This document shows positions 1 through 14,739 of a stretch of 64,000 nucleotides of DNA, one piece after another; within the stretch, counting starts at the first letter, position 1; every line of letters starts with the position of its first letter. This DNA comes from Seison nebaliae (taxonomy: Eukaryota). The notes beneath the pieces are model-generated. The model ran no database searches. It was not told the DNA's origin and saw nothing but the letters and a program-made list of their open reading frames with translations. Position numbers and translations under genes: made by a program. The stretch spans positions 62,001-126,000 of the forward strand of contig JALJEE010001258.1 of the NCBI GenBank assembly GCA_023231475.1. Reading direction: 5' to 3'.

Positions 1-1445
1 TTCGAAGTGTGTCCAATTTGGACGATTCGATTTCTATGAGAAATTCTCCCCATCTTTTTCACCGTCACTGGAAAGAAAGAGAGAGAGAGAGTGTTGGTGG
101 CGAGTCGACTGAAATTGCCGAATTCCCTTCAAACCGATTACCCACCATAACAAAAAAAAACTTATTCTTCATAACCATTTTTCCAAATTGCGTTAATGTG
201 CTCACAATATTCTTTCATCATATTATTATTCTCATTCTCCAAACCATCACCATTACCACCAATAACTACCACCACTTCATCTATGAACATGTGGGGATTG
301 GTTCCATCCTTCCTCTTCTCCTCCTGCCCCCCTTCCCCTACTTAAAACACCATTCTTTCAATATTTGTAATAATATATATTTCTACGCGTAAATCTAAGT
401 GAAATTTGTATCGTCTCATTCGTCTCATTCGTTAAGTGATGACGGTAAATGGGACAGATGAATAGGAATGATATATTACAAAAATCGATTGACCAAACCT
501 TTCAACTTTTTGCTCAAATTATCAAATGAAAACTCTTTTATTTTCTTTGCTTAACTTATATTATACTCATTTATTATTATCTTCTTCTCCACGGGACGAA
601 AACCAGACGAGATGAAACGATTCATTTCACTCTCAAGTTCCAATGTTGTACTTATTCACAATAACTTTTCCTCCTCCTAACAACTCCATTCGAGAAATCG
701 ATTTCAAACGTATCATCTCAATGAAACACCCTTCATAGAATGGGAAAGGAATGATAATTTCTCTTCTATCCTTTCCCAATAGCCAAACAGAAGTGAATGA
801 AATCATATCATTATGATTATGTCTACAACTGTTGCTCTTCATTCTTTCTCACACTTAGATTATAGACGGGAGACTTGAATATATGCATCCTATATACCTA
901 TATATTTACGTTGACATCTATATCTATTTTAACATTTTACGAATTCTGGTCAAAAAATAAACGATTCTGTACCAAAACGAACAACAATTACTTTTCTTCG
1001 CTTTCTCTCGAATTCAGATAGAGAAAGTCGAATTCTTTTATAATTTATTAATAAATTTTTTAAAGATTTAATTCATTCGTATTATCATTTCCACACAATT
1101 TCAACACAATATTAACACAATATTAACACAATATTTATTCGATAAGAAACCATTTAAAAATTAACTAGATATGATAAGAGAAACAGATATAATAATTTCC
1201 AAATACTTTGCTAAGATTCAAATATCTCAAAAATTACAATTCAATTTTAATTCATTTAAAAAAAAATGAATTAAATTTAGCGAAAATTCTCATAAACTTA
1301 AGTCGAGTTCTATGGGAACTGTTGGAGAAAATATTACCAAAGAAATAAAATAAATAAATTTAGAGTTAAATAAAATCAAATATTCGGTGAATATAATAAT
1401 ATGAATATTTTATGGAAATTTAATGGAAAAACTTTTATTTTGTAG

Positions 1446-4400
1446 CAAATCGGAGATATGGAGAAGAAGCAGAATAAAGAGGAAGATATCAATATGGCAG
1501 GAACGGCGTTACAATACGGATGTGCTATTCAAGTTTAGTTAGATTAGATTGATGGAATAAATTTCAAATTATTTTCCAGTTATATCACGTGAAGAGTCAT
1601 CGATTTTTGACGATTCACAAGCATCTCTCAGCGCAACAAGAGAAGAATGCGATGAGAGTGACACTCGACCGATGTGGAAATGATGGGTCATGGGTTCGGA
1701 TAGAGCCCTATTTCAAAATCCGTCGATTTGGAGATTATGTGTTGGAGGGAGATCGAGTTCTTTTGCGACCGATGAACAGTTCTCAATCATTACATGTGAG
1801 TAAGAGAGAATCATTGACCGATCCATATTGTCATGAAGTGAATTGTTTCCCCGAGACGTCTCGATTAACCGATTGGAAGTTGAATGTTTTTATGAATTTT
1901 AAGGACAACATGTCGGACGTGTTGAAAGGAGGTAGTGTCGTTCGTTTGTTTCATGCGGAACAGGAGAAGTTTCTCACCTGTGGCAAATATAAGAAAGATG
2001 TTCACGTCTTCCTTCGAGGGACGGCCCGAGCGGCGACAGATATGGCCGTTTCCAGTCGTGCATTGTGGGAGATCGTCAAACAGAACAAATTCGATGGTAC
2101 TCCCGTCCATTGGAATTCCGATATCTCATTCAAGAATTTAGCGACTGGATATTATTTATCGGCGAGAATGAATTCCTCTCACGAACTTGTGGCGGTCGTA
2201 TCTGATCAAGATAATAGTATCGATAATAGTAAATTTGAAATTAGTTCTACCATCAATCTCAAGAGTGACGAGAAGATTTCGTATGAATCATATATCCGAT
2301 TGAGGCATGCGGAGACGGATGCGTGGTTAAATAGTGGAACAAAATTGATCGACGAGAACGAAGATAAGCCTAACATGTACCGGTTAGTATATTCGAAAGT
2401 GAAAGAGGACAAAGAGGCGTTTCTCTTGAAATCCGTCTCAGAGAACGAGATTTGGGATTTGGATTTCGCCACCGATATCAGTAAATCTTTATCGATTTAT
2501 GCGAAGAATTTCAACATTCCACAACTCAAACAAAATGAACGACGAGAATTGACGAGTCTCTTAACGGAAATTATTCTCTTCATCACCGGCGAAGAGAGAA
2601 ATGACATCGATTTATTCACCTTATCAAACGCAAATACCAATCGTCAACGACAGAAATTAATTCGTGAACAAAATGTTTTAGCGGGTGTATTTAAAATTTT
2701 GAAAAGTCCATTTTCCAAAACTACTCAAAATGAGAATAAATTCCATTTGGATTATAATAAAATTGGTGAGACGACTGGTGAGAATGATAATGTCATTCGA
2801 GATATGGACGATTTGAAACGTCCCGGATGGGCCTGGTACCGTCGAATCTGTCAATTATGTTATACGATTCTCAGACATTCATTATATGATTATCGGAAGA
2901 ATCAGGAATATGTAGCGAAAGAATTCAGTTTTATGCAACGACAAATGGGCTATGATATAATGGCGGAAGATACGATCACTGCTCTCCTCCACAATAACCG
3001 TCAATTATTGGAGAAACATATCACGTCGAAAGAGATCGAAACTTTCGTCAATCTGTTGAACGAGAAACATGAGCCACGTTTCCTGAAATATTTGGGGGAT
3101 TTATGTATTGCCGATAACGCCGCCATACCAGCAACGCAAGAATTGATTTGTAACATTCTTTTAAAAACGAAAAATGTTCGAGTTCTCATTTTCTCGAAAT
3201 TAACCGAAAATAATGGAAATTCCGTGTCGCTCATTTGGCCAATGATGAATAATGTAAAATGTAACTTAACGACAATTATTGATCAGGATATGAAACGAAG
3301 TCAGACACCGTCGAATATGCTCGAATTCTACATACAACAACTAAATTTGTTTGCCCGTCTCTGTCAAGACAGACAATATTTGGCGATCGATCATTTGGCG
3401 CAGGAATTAACGGTCGATCTCATCCTCTTTTGTATGGACGACGAGAACTTGCCAAATTCTCTCCGCGCCGCTTTCTGTCAATTGATGTTGGATCTCCATT
3501 TAAATCGTGATCCGCAAGAAAAAGTAAAACCGTTAAAATTGGCGAGATTATGGAAAGACATTCCTTTACGGAAAGACATTTTCGCTTGTCGACGTGATCA
3601 ATCCGTTCACACTTTCAGTTCGACGATTCGATTCTCAAAAAAATATTTGTCCAATCTAACTCAACACGTCTTCCGTTCACCAAAACACACGTTATTAACA
3701 CAAAAAATTATTAGTTTAACGAAAAATTTAATAATGTTCAATTTTTGCACATTCCAAGAAATTCAAGATTTCACCTCGATTTTCTTGACGATATTGGATC
3801 ATGATGGAACGTATTCTCATTTGTCACAACGACATGGAAGTACGTCGAAATTGAATAGTTCAAAACGATTGGGAAATTTTACGTCGTCGGGAAATTCTGT
3901 CACTTCGTCCACATCATATTTATCGGATGAATATTTAGACAATATGATAGATGAGACGAAATTGATAATTTTAGATATTTTGAAATTCGTTATTGATGTT
4001 CGATTGGATTGTCGAATTACTTATTTGTTGTCGGTGTTCAAAGAGGAATATCAATTGACGAAATGTTTGGACACTGAACCAATTTTGAGAAAGTTGTCGA
4101 AAAAAGTGAACGGGATATTTGATGGACCTGAACAGAATTTGTCGATGAAAGAATATTTGTATTTCAAAGAGGATTTCTCCAAAATTTTCGTACGAGTTCT
4201 CATCATGTTATTAGGATATACCGATCGGCGATTAGTGTCAAATGCTCTTCGAATTCTTTTCCAACAATTCTCGCAACGATTTGAAACTTTCGAAGCGTTC
4301 AAACAAATTCAATTACTCGTCAACGAGACTGATGTGACGGAATATAATGAGATATGTGCCGATTTGGATCAATTGAAAATTCTGGTAGAGAAATCGGAAT

Positions 4401-7400
4401 TATGGATACGACGACCTCATACCACCATCGACGATAACCCACCATCACAATATGATAATGTATCGATTAATAATCGACTTCGATATTCATCTATTCAATC
4501 TCAACAGGAATTATTGGCATCACATAATGCCGGTACGATTAGAGAGATATTAATCCGATTATATAATCGTTGTCGATCAACCAACGGAAATGTCAATGCT
4601 GATAAACAAACATTAATCAGGAATTTGGGAGCATTTTATATTGTGATGGATTTATTGAAAATAACATTTAATGGAGAACTCAATCCTGGAATGATTATCA
4701 ATATCGAATTGGCTCACTCTTTCCTTCAAGCCTTCGCCAAATGTAACAAGACAAATCAATATCTCGTTTATCATTCCATCGACGTGTTTTTCCATCCGAG
4801 TATGTCAATATCTGAAATTAAAACGGCCAGTGCCGTTTTCTATAATAACGAACAATTGTGTTCGGATATCAAAGCGTCATATATTCATACGGTGGTGACA
4901 TGTATCGAGACAGAGGGACAAAAAGTGGAATATTTGGAATTCCTGAAAACGATCGTTCGAACCGAACTCAAAGTCATCAAATCAACTCAAGATCGAGTCG
5001 TGTTAGAATTGTTGTCATCAGGTGGTGGAATGTTCCACATTTTCAATTCGAGAAATCGTTCAGAGAGTGTCATTCGTCTCATCAACGAAACAACAACATG
5101 TGCGAAAACGGAAATGGAAAAACGAGAAATTGTGAAAGCGAAAGATATTCTCGATTTCCATCTACAATTAGTATTATTATTAGCTTATTGTGCAGAGGGA
5201 AGGAATGCTCAAACGGAAATCAGATGTCACGGTCTAATGCCATTAGATGACGTAATTACGATATTATGTTATGAGAAATCGACATATCTCGTCAAATTTA
5301 CATATGCCACTTTTCTCCTTCATTGTTTCATCGAGACGGAAGTGGAACATCTTGGTTTATATCATTCGGATTTAATATGGAAATATTTTGAAAATCTCAT
5401 AAAAGATCTGAATCGTTTAAATCGGAACGATTCAGCCCAACAAGCTCATAAAGAACTGCATCAATATTTGAATGAGGTGGGCGTGCTCATTATCAATCAC
5501 TTCTTCCATAATAACGATTCGAATATCAGTCATCAAATTCAACGAAATCAGAAAACGGTGGAAGAGATTTTTTATTGTCTCGTCAACGTTTCGAGAAATT
5601 TGGGAATTGGAGAAAATTCTCGTTGTCGTCTACCGAAAACTATCGATATAATTTATAAACGTTTGAAAAATTTGGATTGTATTCATTTTTCAATGCCATT
5701 AAATAATCGAATTGTCATCGATCCTATCACTGATCTGTCGTTGACAGAAGAAGTGATGAATGATGTGGCTGATGGTGTTGTTCAGAATGAGGGAATGAAC
5801 ATCCGTCAATATCTTCGACATAATCATGAACTCCTACAAATGGAAGCAGGAAATCCTATCCCTCAATATCCCACACGTTACAGTCGAAAGATGTTGGAGA
5901 AAGATGACACATCTATTGTGGATATGTTTAATAAAATAATTCGAAAAATTGAAAATAATTTAAAAATTTATAGTCAAGTCGAATCGTTAATTGTGGTGGA
6001 TCTACTACATAAACCATATCTATTATTCACCAATGCCACTCGACCGAAATTCCGAGAACATTTATTGTTTTGTCTCATTCAACACGCCCGTTATCTGCTG
6101 TTCGTGAACGACGAACAATTGTGTCGTCGATTGATACGAACTTTCCGTCAAATGTTGACGATAAATGAATTGTCAAATTTGAAAATTGAAAAATTTCGTC
6201 ATTTTCTCCTTCAGAAATACATCGAATGTTCGAACGAAATGAAAGATGATCATTCGACCGATAACCAATATCTGATGACGGCGGAAATTATGGAAAATAA
6301 TTTCGGTGTCAAATCTCTCATTCACATTCCCATGAGTGAAGTACAACAATTGTTGAACGATCAAGGCTGTTCACAATTGATCGTAGAATTTTTTTCATAT
6401 CCCACTTCTTATTTGTTGCATGTTGAAACATTGAAATTAGCCACAGCGTTATTGGATGGTGGGAATTGGAAAGTTCAAAATTGTATTTTACGAACTCTAA
6501 TGAATAATCATCATTCGAATCAATTCTGTCGACAAATCTTCTCCACCATGGAAGAAGCAATCGAAATCGTTCAACGGAATATGAATCCAAATAATTATAC
6601 TCTCAATCCCGATTTCATCGAAGACGTCCAATTACCCGATTGGGCTTATCATTACGAAAATTCTTCTTTTCAACATCAAATTCATTTCCAACAACAACAA
6701 CTCCATTTACAGGGCTTGGAACAACATCAACAACAACAACAACGACGAGAACAGAATGAGGAGGATTTTGAAAATAGTTTCCTCGCCGACGACATTCCCA
6801 ATGATCAATTACTTCTTCCGTTAGAAGTGATCATTATGCAACCGTTATTACGATTCCTGCAATTGTTGTGTGAGAATCATAATAATTCGTTACAAATATA
6901 TTTATTGGATCAATCACATCAATCGATAACGTCCACTCGACAAATATTGTCAAAACATCATGAAAATCATCAGTTTCAAACGAACGATAAAAACCGTTTG
7001 ACTTTCCCAATTCTCAATGAGGAAAATAAAAATATCATGTTCAATTCCATCAATGCAGCATCGACGTCAACTCAACCGCCACCAGATCACTTCCTCCCGA
7101 CCAAACAATCATTCAACAGTTTCCATCATGGAACGCCTCAATTTCACAAATTCCTCCGCAACGAACAATATCCACAATGGCAATCGAAGAATCAATTAAA
7201 TCTCCAGAATCCTGACCAGAAGAATTCCATCGTCGTCACCAATTACAATATCGTTTGTCAGACTTTGAAATTTTTAGACGTGACTTGCGGATCGACCACC
7301 GCCGAAGCAGGACTACTTTCCTACTACGTCCACAAAGACAACGTTCAACTCATCTCACAAACTTTACAGACGTTGACGGAATATTGCCAAGGACCATGTC

Positions 7401-10308
7401 GAGAGAATCAGGATGCGCTGGCCGCCCACAATTCACATGGTATCGATATTACCATCGCATTGTTGTTGCACGATATCGATTCGCTAGAAAAGACTAATCG
7501 ACGATTAGGCCTAAGATTGAAAAGTGACGCTAGTAAATTATTATTGGCCATCAACGAGAGTCGACATGACGATTATGTGGCTAAACGGATTCTCGCCAGT
7601 ATCACCCCCAAAGCCATGATTAGCGCCTTCACCAATTCCTACATTTACGATTATCATACCAGACGTCATGAATTGATGAAGAATGACGATCTCAATCGAA
7701 TATTCATTTGGGATCAATTGGAACGATATTTACGAACATTTTTCAATTTCGTCAAATCTTATCAATTGCCCAAAATCCATGTTGATGGTGTGGGAACACA
7801 ACCAGATATCGTTATTTTGAATCGTCTGGGAACGGAGGGAGTGGAGACACCTGTTTGTGATTATTCTGATCAACCATTATATACTTCATCCGTTTACGAT
7901 GAATTAAATACGACGACAATTCCACATCTCGATAATAATTATCGTACTGGTATGAAATATGGTAATTTAACGGATCGATTATTATTGACCGTTCGTCAAC
8001 AAGCGGAGAATGAGCGATTTTTATCGTTAGAGAAAGAGTATTGTCATAAAGAATTATCTCCAATGAAAGTTGATCTGATAGATAAAATGGAAATTTCAAA
8101 CGAACAAATAGATGATTGTGGTTATGGCAGTTTCGACACCTCTTATTATTTGGGCATTATTCCAAGTATTCAAATCGAAATTGGTCACAACATTTACATT
8201 CTCGCCCAACAACTCGCTCAATATAATAGTGAATTAAAGAAGAAACTATATCCGATAACAGCCACACCATCAAATTTACCTGTAACGATTCCCGTCGATC
8301 CCTTCTTCAAGACCACTCAAGATCCGACTCCCACTCAACGTTATCGACATATCAACGATGCGCTCCATTATTATGGATCACATACGTCGAAAATTGAAAT
8401 TGTTCGAGCAAACGGCGAATTGGAAAATGTCGTTTTTCCCGTGCCAAGTATTTGTGAATATTTGACAAATGAGACACAAGAGAAAGTTCTACAGACAACG
8501 GAGGAGGACGAACAAGGTAGTAAAATACCCGATTTCTTCTCACAAGCCTCATCGTTATATGATCAGATGCTGTGGCAGAAACAATTGAGACAACGACCGT
8601 CGTTGTATTGGCTGAGTTCGAAAATGAGTGTTTGGTCAGGAATCGCTTTCAATTTAGCCGTCTTCCTCAACATTCTCGTCATCATTTTTTATCCTTTCCG
8701 AAATTCAAATAATGATTCAAATTATAATAATAATAATAATAATAATGATAAGTCAATTCTATCAACTTTTACAGTTATGACAATTTATTATAAATATTTC
8801 AACCAAATCATTTGGTCGTTGTTGTTGCTGGTGAGTTATCTGTGTTATAAGCGACGTATCAAATCTAATCTACTTTATCATCTTCTCCTCCTTCTCACAC
8901 TCATCAAATTCACCCAATTATTTTCCGTTTCTTTCGCTCTCCATATCATTGGTATATTTAATCTGATTAATAAGGGACTCTTTCTCGTCAGTCTGATGGG
9001 GAGTAAAGGTATTTTCCGCTTACATTGGCGAACAATCATCACCGATCAAGAATTCCTTTATCATATCGTCTACATTTTCATATGTATGATGGGTCTATTA
9101 ATTCATCCCTTCTTTTATTCACTTCTCTTATTCGATATCGTCTCACGAGAAGAGACTCTTCTTAACGTCATCCGAAGTGTAACGAGTAACGGAAAATCGA
9201 TTTTCCTCTCTTTCATTCTCGCCGTCATTCTCATCTACATGTTCGCCATCATCGGATACATTTTCATCAGGAAAGATTTCCATTTCGAAATCGAAAATAT
9301 TCCACACGACCTCCCCGGTAAAAACCTCCACCAAACCACAATGGATCGGAGTGAAAATTTTCCAAAAAATTCAAATGTTTGTAAAACGAGACCGATATTT
9401 CCAATCAATCATTCGTCACTCCCATCTCAACCATTTAGTGGCATCAGAAAAAAACCATCAAAAACCGTCGAACTCACCAAAAACGGAAAAGAGGAAACGG
9501 ACAGCAAAGAATATGTTTGTGAGACTCTCCTCATGTGTATTCTGACCACTTTGAATCATGGTCTGAGAAGTGGGGGTGGAATTGGCGACGTTTTACGACG
9601 ACCAAGTCTGAAGGTTTTTTTCCGTTTTTTTTTATTCAAATTTCATTTCCTCTATTTTATAGGAAGATCTATTTATCTTTCGAGTTTTATATGATCTTCT
9701 CTTCTATTTCATCATCATCATCATTGTACTCAATCTCATCTTTTGTGTAATCATCGACACATTCGCCGCTTTACGTGGTGAGAAACAGAGAAAAGAAGAG
9801 ATTTTAAGGAAAAGTTGCTTCATTTGTGGACTGCAACGTAGTGCGTTCGATAATCGAACCATCTCATTCGATGACCACATTCTCGAACATCACAACATGT
9901 GGCACTATCTGTATTTTATGGTTCTACTGAAAGTGAAGCCGTCGACCGAATATACCGGCCCCGAAAGTTACGTCCATAATCTCATTCAGGTTTTTTTCAT
10001 TTTTTTAAGCTCAATTTTTTTAATTTTATTTATTTAAGAATCAATCGACCGACTGGTTCCCAAGGAAACGAACTGCTTGTTTGGAACAAACAAAATCTTC
10101 GATTTTCACTAACAATTCCTCGTCGACTCGACCTGTTGATCACACATTGTTGGAAACGATCGATCCGAAGACAATCAAACAATTATTGAGCAATCCACAA
10201 CTCCTAAAATATCTGTTGGAGGTGTGCGAGAGTTCGAATGACGAAGTTTACGGAAGAAAATTCCATCGACAACAATCATCCACCAGTCAGATAAGTGACA
10301 TTATTTAA
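1446..10308 (+). CDS. ITPR: Inositol 1,4,5-trisphosphate receptor; 5'-incomplete (upstream exons not found in window). Exons 1446-1532, 1580-9613, 9663-9989, 10039-10308
   Basis: MIR/RIH motifs; IP3-binding residues [33 protein letters not shown]; pore filter [10 protein letters not shown]; after splicing, C-terminal [14 protein letters not shown]...HNMWHYLYF and WFP. Confidence 0.97.
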
Positions 10309-11955
10309 TCGATTTATCATTCATCTCCGGTGCTAACATGCTAATTCCATTATTTATTTATTTTCTCTCCTTCAATTTCCTCAATCGATGACTGATGCGT
10401 TTAACTAACAAATCTCCTACTCTTTCCTCCTAACAACACGAAGATTAGACTTGTTTAGAATAAAACTTAAAACTAAAAATCTTTTAATTTCAAAATATTT
10501 ATAATTTCTTAGTATTTGTAAGTAGTAAAAATATTTTAAAATTAAAAATTTTTGAATTGTTCATTCAATTTTCCATTTTACTATCGTCTCAAATGGGTGA
10601 GTGATGTGATTAATATTTGGAAAGAAATTTTAATAATTTGTCAAGTTAAATTAATTAAAAAGTGAAAGAAGGAAAAGGAGAGAAAAATGGTTTTCAATCT
10701 CTTTGAGAATTGGTATAAAAGTGGGAGATTGGAAGTTGCTCGTAAGTCTTTTTTTTTATTTTTCTACTTCACTTTTTCAGTTTTTTCATTTGATCTTGTT
10801 CTTTGTATTTCGTATAATTATTAAAGAATACTCTCCTATTCAATTGACTAGCAAAACCATCCCGATCTCCAATTCAACCACACTAATATTTAAAGTTAAA
10901 GAGAAGAAATTTAAAAGAACATGGTGTATTGCTTAACGAACTGTTCCGTCCTATTTTTGGTGTTCGTCATGTTTATCTTGTTTATTCTGTTCAATGGGTC
11001 GATCAGTCCGAAAGCCAGATATCCGTGTTGTACAACGCCGAGAATTAAGAAGTGTGCGAAAGGAACGGGCTTCCCACCACGCTTCAACACCGGCTATTAA
11101 ATTGGAAGATGATGACGCTTGAAATGGAAATGATTAATCGCCAAATAAGTTATCATTCGTCCCCGAAGTCAACACAAGTAAAATAAAAATGATATCTTTA
11201 AAATTCAAGTGTGATTAGTGGAAATAAAATAATTTGTTTTTCTTCTTTTACGTCTCTTGTCATGACGACGATGGGGAGGGAAAGAAGAAAATTAATTTTT
11301 CTCATGAAACTTTTCAATTCATACTGTCAATTTTTATTTTACTTCTTTGGCTGCCTATCCGTTTATTGTTAATTAATCAACAACAACAACAACACGAGTA
11401 TGTGCAGATCGTTTAAAATGATGAGAAATGATGAGATGAGAATTGGAGGAGTGAATTAAGAGAATTAACTGAAAGAATTCCCGATAATTGTCAGAATAAA
11501 AGAGAGAGAGAGAGAGAGAGAAAGAGAATAATAAAATAGGGAATTCTATCGACATATACACGAAATAAATAGAGAACCAATAATAAAAAAAAAATTCTGG
11601 TGAGTCTTTTCCAAATCAACCCAACGAGAGAGAAAGAGAGAATAAAATCATCCAATAAATATATATATGACAACAACAACAACAACAAAAACAACAATTA
11701 GAATGACATCGATCTCTGATAATAATATAAAAGAGAGAATTATTTGATAAGAAGATGGAATAATATTCGGATACATTTAACATTGGAAGAGATGAAAATT
11801 GTAGATTGATATATAAAGTCAAATTCCACCTACACATACAGAGAAATTGTGAGAGAGAGAGCGAGAGAGAAAGTTTGTGAATTTGGTTTTGAGAAGGAGA
11901 ATAGTGAAGTGATTAGTTGGGAGAATAAGAAGAAATATTATCATCAATATCAACA

Positions 11956-11979
11956 ACAACAACAACAACAACAACAACA
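11956..11979. repeat. (AAC)n microsatellite; representative of many AAC/AAT/GA tracts in the window
   Basis: Direct reading; similar tracts near 11501-11520 (GA), 18000-18033, 19268-19295, 44657-44778, 47290-47312 (GT). Confidence 0.85.
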
Positions 11980-12065
11980 AGAAAAAGAAGGACGACGACA
12001 ACGAAAAAGATAAGAGAATTATATTTGATGGAATTATAAAAAATTTCAAATTTAAAAATATTCAA

Positions 12066-13219
12066 ATGATGGAAGATCAGACGGATTCATCTTCCGATGT
12101 TGATCGAATGGATTTCCGTGAACGAATGAATCAATATCGAGGAAAGGATGAGGATGAGAAATCGAACGATCTCATTCAATTCCGTTGTCAATTGGCGCAT
12201 GGATCGGAAACGTTCAATGTCACCAATTTCCGGAATGTTCGCGAATTATATAAACGAGTTGCCGATTGTTTCGAGATTGACGTGAATGATATTTTGTTCT
12301 GTACGTTGAATTCCCATCGGATCGACATGGACAATTTATTGGGTGGTCAAATTGGATTTGATGATTTCATTTTCGTTCACGTCAAAGGACTCAAGAAAGA
12401 AGTGACGATATTGAAGGAGGAGTCATCACTTGGATTGACGATCACGGATAACGGTGCTGGCTACGCATTCATCAAACGTATGAGAGATGGTGGATTTATC
12501 ACACAATGTATTCCCCGAATAAAAATCGGCGACCACATTGAAACGATTAACGGGAAAAGTGTTATCGGCAGTCGACATTATGAAGTGGCGAATTATTTGC
12601 GAGAGATTCCCGTCCGTCATAAATTTACTCTCCGTCTCATCGAACCTCAAAGTACTGATTGGGAATGTTATTAATTATAATTTAATAATTAATAAATTAA
12701 AATTTTTTTCCTTAGTAAATGATGGTAGGAAAACGATACGATTACCTAACTCATTGAAGAATGGACGTCAAACATTTCGTTTGTCGAAAAATAATAATGA
12801 ATCACTTCCTCAAGTTCCTCCCACCATTATTATTATTTTTGTTTCCGTCATTTCTACAAATTATTTTCAGATGATCGTCAATGAAGAAATCATCAAAAAT
12901 ATTAACGAATTACTCGAATCTTATTTGGGAATTCATGATCGCGATTTAGGTTTCTTTTCATTTTTTTTCTAATCGATAATCAAAATTTGAATTAGCTCAA
13001 TCAATTTACGAATGTAGTCAGAATGTGGATGATCCCAGTTCCTTCGCCCATACCATCAATAAAGGCGATCTCTCCCAATTTGAATTTGACACCAGTTTCA
13101 TATTCGATCTTTGGGGCGCAATTACGGACGTGGGTTACAAGAGCAAATTGACCAGTCACCATTTACAAGAACCGTCTCACTCACCACCACCCATTTATCC
13201 ATCAATTGACGGAATTTAA
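12066..13219 (+). CDS. GIPC: GIPC PDZ-domain protein (GH1-PDZ-GH2), 4 exons
   Basis: QLAHGS, ILFCTLNSH, LLGGQIGFDDFIFVHVKG, SLGLTITDNGAGYAFIKR; GH2 motifs LLESYLGIHD and FIFDLWGAITD; three ~45-60 nt GTT..AG introns restore the frame. Confidence 0.95.
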
Positions 13220-13452
13220 AACTTGACATCTTTTTTTTCTTTCCAATCCTCCGAGAATGATTTTCACACTCTTTTCATCCGATCTCATTCCACCTCATAT
13301 CATTTTCTTGTCTTGAACGGGAAGATGATATGATTGACGGTTTTTTTTTTACACTGGAAAATCTCAAAGAATTTTTTCTTTTTATGTGAACTTATTTTCA
13401 ATATTTATAATTCTTCCTCCACCCCCTCCCAATAGATTGTCTTCAGAAGGAA

Positions 13453-14659
13453 ATGCTCCACATTATTGGTCTGGGTTTGGGCAATGCACATGACATAACT
13501 TTAGTCGGATTGAATGTGATAAGGAAATGTGATTTCGTTTTCATTGAAAATTACACGTCCGTTATGGTGAGTTCGTTAAATGAAATGGTCTTTTTATTTT
13601 CTATTTAAATCCCAAATCTATATCTATCCCCGTCATGAAAGGAGAGTCTTTACGAGAAGAAAATTGAAGTTTTGTATCGAGAGGATGTTGAATCAGAAAG
13701 TTTCTTTTCCCTACCATTTCCATCATTGGTCTTTCCAAGTGAAGTATATGGAATTAGCTAAAGAGTATGATGTCGCTCTTCTCGTGATTGGTGATCCATT
13801 TTGTGCTACTACTCATTCCACTTTGTTGTTGGAAGGAAAAAAGAGAAATATTCAAATTAAAACTTATCGGAATGCCTCTATCATGAATTGTGTTGGATCG
13901 ACAGGACTTGAAGTTGCCCTTTCCTCTCCTCACATATGAAAACATTTCCTTTTAGTTGTATCGGTTCGGTGAGACGGTTTCCTTCTGTTTTTGGAAGGAA
14001 TCCGAACGAATTTTGAGTTATTTCGAAAAAATTGAAAGAAATCGATCGATGTCCTTACATACACTTTGTCTTTTAGGTTCCTCATTCATTTCTCTCTTCT
14101 TCATATCAATTATCTTCAAAATTCAGATATTAAGATTAGAGAGAACGATATTGATGCTATGATGAAGTTCATATACTTTTTCCTTCTAATTCTCCTCTTA
14201 AATGACCATGTGGGCGATTGTGTAAAAATTGTGTGAGAAATGTGTGAAAATTGTGTTGATTTTAATTTAATTTTTTCTCAATTTTTTCTCCGTCCGTTCC
14301 AATGGAAAAGAGGACAAATTAAATATTTGCCTAATCGATTTATGAAGGCGAATGAAGCGTGTGGACAACTTGTTCATTATATAGACGTGAACGTCAATTC
14401 AACATTAACAAAGAATACTTTAGTCGTTGCCGTTTGTCGATTGGGAAGTGAAACAGAGAGAATTATCGTATCGACGATTGGCCGATTGGCAATCATGTCC
14501 GACGACGATTTGGGGAAGGAATTGCATTCGATCGTTATTCCGGGCCGAATCGACATCGTGGAGAAGGAGGTGATGGAATTGTATAAACAAGATGATTTGA
14601 ATTATGAAGAATTGGTGACGAATCATAATCAGGAAATTGAGACGCTTAAATCGACTTAA
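13453..14659 (+). CDS. DPH5: Diphthine methyl ester synthase, 6 exons
   Basis: MLHIIGLGLG, ENYTSV, LVIGDPFCATTH, NASIMNCVG..GL|LYRFGETVS, HTLCLLDIK, LHSIVIPG. Confidence 0.95.
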
Positions 14660-14739
14660 GCACAATTTTTAAATTCACTCGTCTTTTACACACGGGAATG
14701 ATTAAAAAAAAATAAATTTTTAAACAAAAATTTTTTTGT

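Noticed and set aside
9..842. ORFs 9-392 and 633-842 as genes or ITPR 5' exons
   Set aside because: Low-complexity translation with no ITPR N-terminal motifs; probably intronic
9570..9590. GGGIGD filter suggesting a ryanodine receptor
   Set aside because: IP3-binding residues, size and overall motifs are those of ITPR; Ile at this position also occurs in invertebrate IP3 receptors
11234..12049. Hydrophobic poly-Leu/poly-Cys ORFs upstream of GIPC
   Set aside because: Translations of (AAC)n and (GA)n microsatellites
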